NCBI GenBank assembly: GCA_002633005.1
Contig: NMRA01000115.1
Coordinates: 668,899 to 732,898, forward strand
Reading direction: 5' to 3'
Length of the DNA stretch: 64,000 nt
From: Phoronis australis
Taxonomy: Eukaryota; Animalia; Phoronida
The stretch's first letter is position 1, and the number at the start of each line of letters is the position of its first letter. A program made the translations under genes and the position numbers. Shown here in pieces: positions 61,257 through 64,000 of the stretch. The notes beneath the pieces were generated by a model. The model was not told the origin of the DNA and made no database searches. It worked only from the letters and a program-made list of their open reading frames with translations.

Positions 61257-63154
61257 ATGCCTTCCGAGTTGGTAAAACATCGTGTAAAAAAGCTTTGCAA
61301 TAACTTTACTGCTGGTGAAATATACAACCTCCTTGTTGACGACGGACACAATGTATCAAAAAGGTCAGTCAGATATCTAGTCAGCAAGTTTAGAAAAGGA
61401 GAAAGTATTAATCGAAAACCATACAAACAGCGTGCGAAAAAACTTAGTGGTCCTGCGCGTGCGTTCATCAACCAACAGATGAAAGAAAATGATGAAACAA
61501 CTGCCACAGAATTACAAAGGATTATAAGAGAGCGTTTCGAGCTTCATGTCTCTGTGATGACTATAGCACGAGCAAGGATACAGCTCGGCTGGACATCTGC
61601 AAGATCGCGTTATTGTCAACTAATAAGAAACGCCAACAAAGAAAAACGCGTAACATTTTGCAAAGCAATTGAACACGAAGACCTGGCAGGTGACTACTTC
61701 AAAGATGTGATATTTTCAGACGAATGCTCTGTGGCACTAGAAAACCACACAAGGTTTTGCTTTCGCAAAAGAGGACAGCCAGCCAAACTGAAGCCTAGGC
61801 CGAAACACCCTGTCAAAGCAAGTAAATTAGCTAAGACTTATTATGTTTTAACAATTATGAACATAACAGAAAAACTCAAACAGCAACAAATGAACACAAT
61901 GTCCATCTTGTAACTATTTGGTTTTTTTTTAATTTTATGTTTATTTCAAGTATTACTTTGTAAGAATAAATAATTGTTCACTTTTAACTGAAGCTGTTCT
62001 CTACTCCAGATGTTGTCGCTAAAATAAAAACAACTCAGCTTGGGTATATTATGAGGCTGCTACATTTTTAAAAAGCGGATGATTCAACAAATAGGTCCCA
62101 CATGTTTTGGATGCAAAAGCGGTTTAATTTATTTGTCGTAGGCCCTAAATTTATTCGGCAGCGTCCACTGTAAATCAGGATTTGTAACTTAATTTTATCA
62201 ACATGATGACTTTAGTGATACAATGACCATTCCATAATTCGCTATCTACAGGTACACGTTTGGGCCGGCATAAGTATTCGCGGGGCAACGAAGATAGTGG
62301 TATTTGACGGTATAATGGACCGGTTTTCTTACACCCTCATTCTACGAAGGGCTCTGTTACCGTTCATTACATCAAAGTTCCCTGATGGACACTGCTTCCT
62401 GCAAGACAACGACCCTAAGGTAAATAAAGATAATTAACAACTTTGTAAAATAAAGAGCGATTATTTAACATAAAAAGTATGTTATTGGTTCATAAAAGAA
62501 AGCGTGGGAAAAACATCAAAAATAGGTAGCCGAGCTAAAAACAAAGTGATGTTATAAGTAACATTACACGTGACCAACCACCCAGTATTACTGTACAAGA
62601 AAACATTCGTGACAAATTATTGATATCCAAATTGGTTAAGGTTGATGACATTCACTATCATATACATGTAACTTGTGATAATGACAATAACCCTTTATTG
62701 ACATACTTGCAGAGCTTTCTGCCGTAGACCTAGAAAGTTCAATACGTTAAAACCAACTTCACGGAAGTAAAAACAATAGTAAAAATGCTGCCTGAGAAAG
62801 CAAAATGCCAGTATTAGGACTAATGATTTCATGTTGTCAACATGTTGGTAATTAGACTTCGCCATTTTTAAGCACACGTCAAGACACGCGAAGAAGTTTT
62901 TGAGGGACAACAACGTCAACTGGTGGCCCAGTCCTGCAGAAAGCCCAGACTTGAATCCCATCGAGAACATGTGGCATGAGTTCAAGGACTACCTGAGAAA
63001 AAAAATCAAACCCACTACAAAACAGGAACTCGTCCACAGAATTTGTAGCTTTTGGAAAAGGGTTACCCCGAAAAAATGCGCAAAGTACATACGGCATTTA
63101 CGGAAGGTTGTGCCAGAAGTGATTCGTTGCGGTGGAGCAGCCACCGGATATTAA
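61257..63154 (+). CDS. Tc1/mariner-superfamily DD34E transposase, 3 exons, 336 aa
   Basis: Exons 61257-61817, 62252-62419, 62873-63154. HTH-type N-terminus, VIFSDE, PKHPVK|VHVWAGIS, FLQDNDPK|HTS, SPDLNPIENMW; 34 residues between the second D and E. No stops or frameshifts after splicing; intron 1 needs a GC donor. Confidence 0.9.
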
Positions 63155-64000
63155 AGTGAAAAAATCAATAACACCCATTTTGTATTTAGAAATTCAATTC
63201 TCTGTAAAATCAAAAACAACTGCAACCAGGATTTATCGCGTCAGGACATACAATTTATCACGCCAGGATATAAAATTTATCACGCCACGACAGCATTGTT
63301 TTCATGCTCGGAGACCACGTGACCATCCATTATGCAATTATGACAATCCAGTGTGTACCTATACATTGGCATCTGTATTGTAAAACGTGGAGGAGATGAA
63401 AGAAATTCAACCGCATTTCCAAGATAATACATGTATGTTTGTCGTTTGCGAGATGTTGAACGCTTAGCCCTTGCTTATACATGTAGAACGGACGTTATCT
63501 CTTTGAAGGATCAATGCTTGGGCATGGTGACGTGGTGTCTTGGCGTGGAAAGTTATTGACAAGGTAGATTTTAGTCTTATTAAATTTTATTAAATTTTCA
63601 GTCCTGTTTAATTTTGATCCTGAAGTGGAGAATTTTTGGTCCTCACGTAATAAATTATAGGTGCTGATGTAATAAATTTTCAGACTTGACGTGGTGAATT
63701 TGGTCATGATTTGTTTTTTGGTCTTCTGTGTGAAAACAATCTCAATGTTTTGATTCTTGCTTAAGTAAAAGTTCTGGTTTTGGGATATTTATTTTTGGTC
63801 CTGGAGATGTATAATGTTTTGCATAGAAAATATATGTCGTTAAATGTTTCCACACTGGCCTTCCATAAATGTGGGAGAGCAGGTTTTGTAGCATATTACT
63901 ATGAAACGTCTTATATAAATCTAGGTGTTTGTGATTTAGTAATACGATGAAAGATGAGTAGTTATGACTATGAAAAATGAGTAGTTGTGGCTTCTTTTGA

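Larger units (their letters stand above)
57563..64000 (+). mobile_element. Large (>6.4 kb) TIR transposon, probably containing the Tc1-type transposase; right end outside the window
   Basis: TA|CAGCACACATCACGAATTTTTGGCCGACC... matches the reverse complement of the terminal ~65 bp of the 32223-35975 element. No closing TIR occurs before 64000. Linkage to the transposase is inferred. Confidence 0.6.

Noticed and set aside
61224-61913. 229-aa ORF read as a truncated transposase pseudogene
   Set aside because: The missing catalytic residues are on two downstream in-phase exons.

Overview
AT-rich animal genomic DNA (repeat content suggests a marine invertebrate; the species cannot be determined from the sequence) with one 858-N gap. 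Three spliced genes can be assembled exon by exon with canonical splice sites and consistent phases: HADHB (+, 14 exons, 475 aa), an ATAD2/ATAD2B-family AAA-ATPase/bromodomain gene (-, 21 exons, 1273 aa) and a TMEM244/SYS1-family membrane protein gene (+, 6 exons). A probable first exon of HADHA lies head-to-head with HADHB, and ATAD2 and TMEM244 form a second head-to-head pair. Introns and the right third of the window are rich in mobile DNA: a 522-bp TRIM whose LTRs contain a tRNA-like Pol III promoter, a tRNA-SINE, hAT-like MITEs with 6-bp and 8-bp TSDs, Kolobok-, Harbinger- and foldback-type elements, a piggyBac fossil and a duplicated THAP+gag composite. The most unusual structure is a probable >6.4-kb element starting at 57563 and running off the window. 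It carries an intact, intron-containing DD34E Tc1-type transposase and a divergent spliced gene of unknown function, and has an apparently non-autonomous relative inside ATAD2. All calls come from manual reading; no database searches were run.
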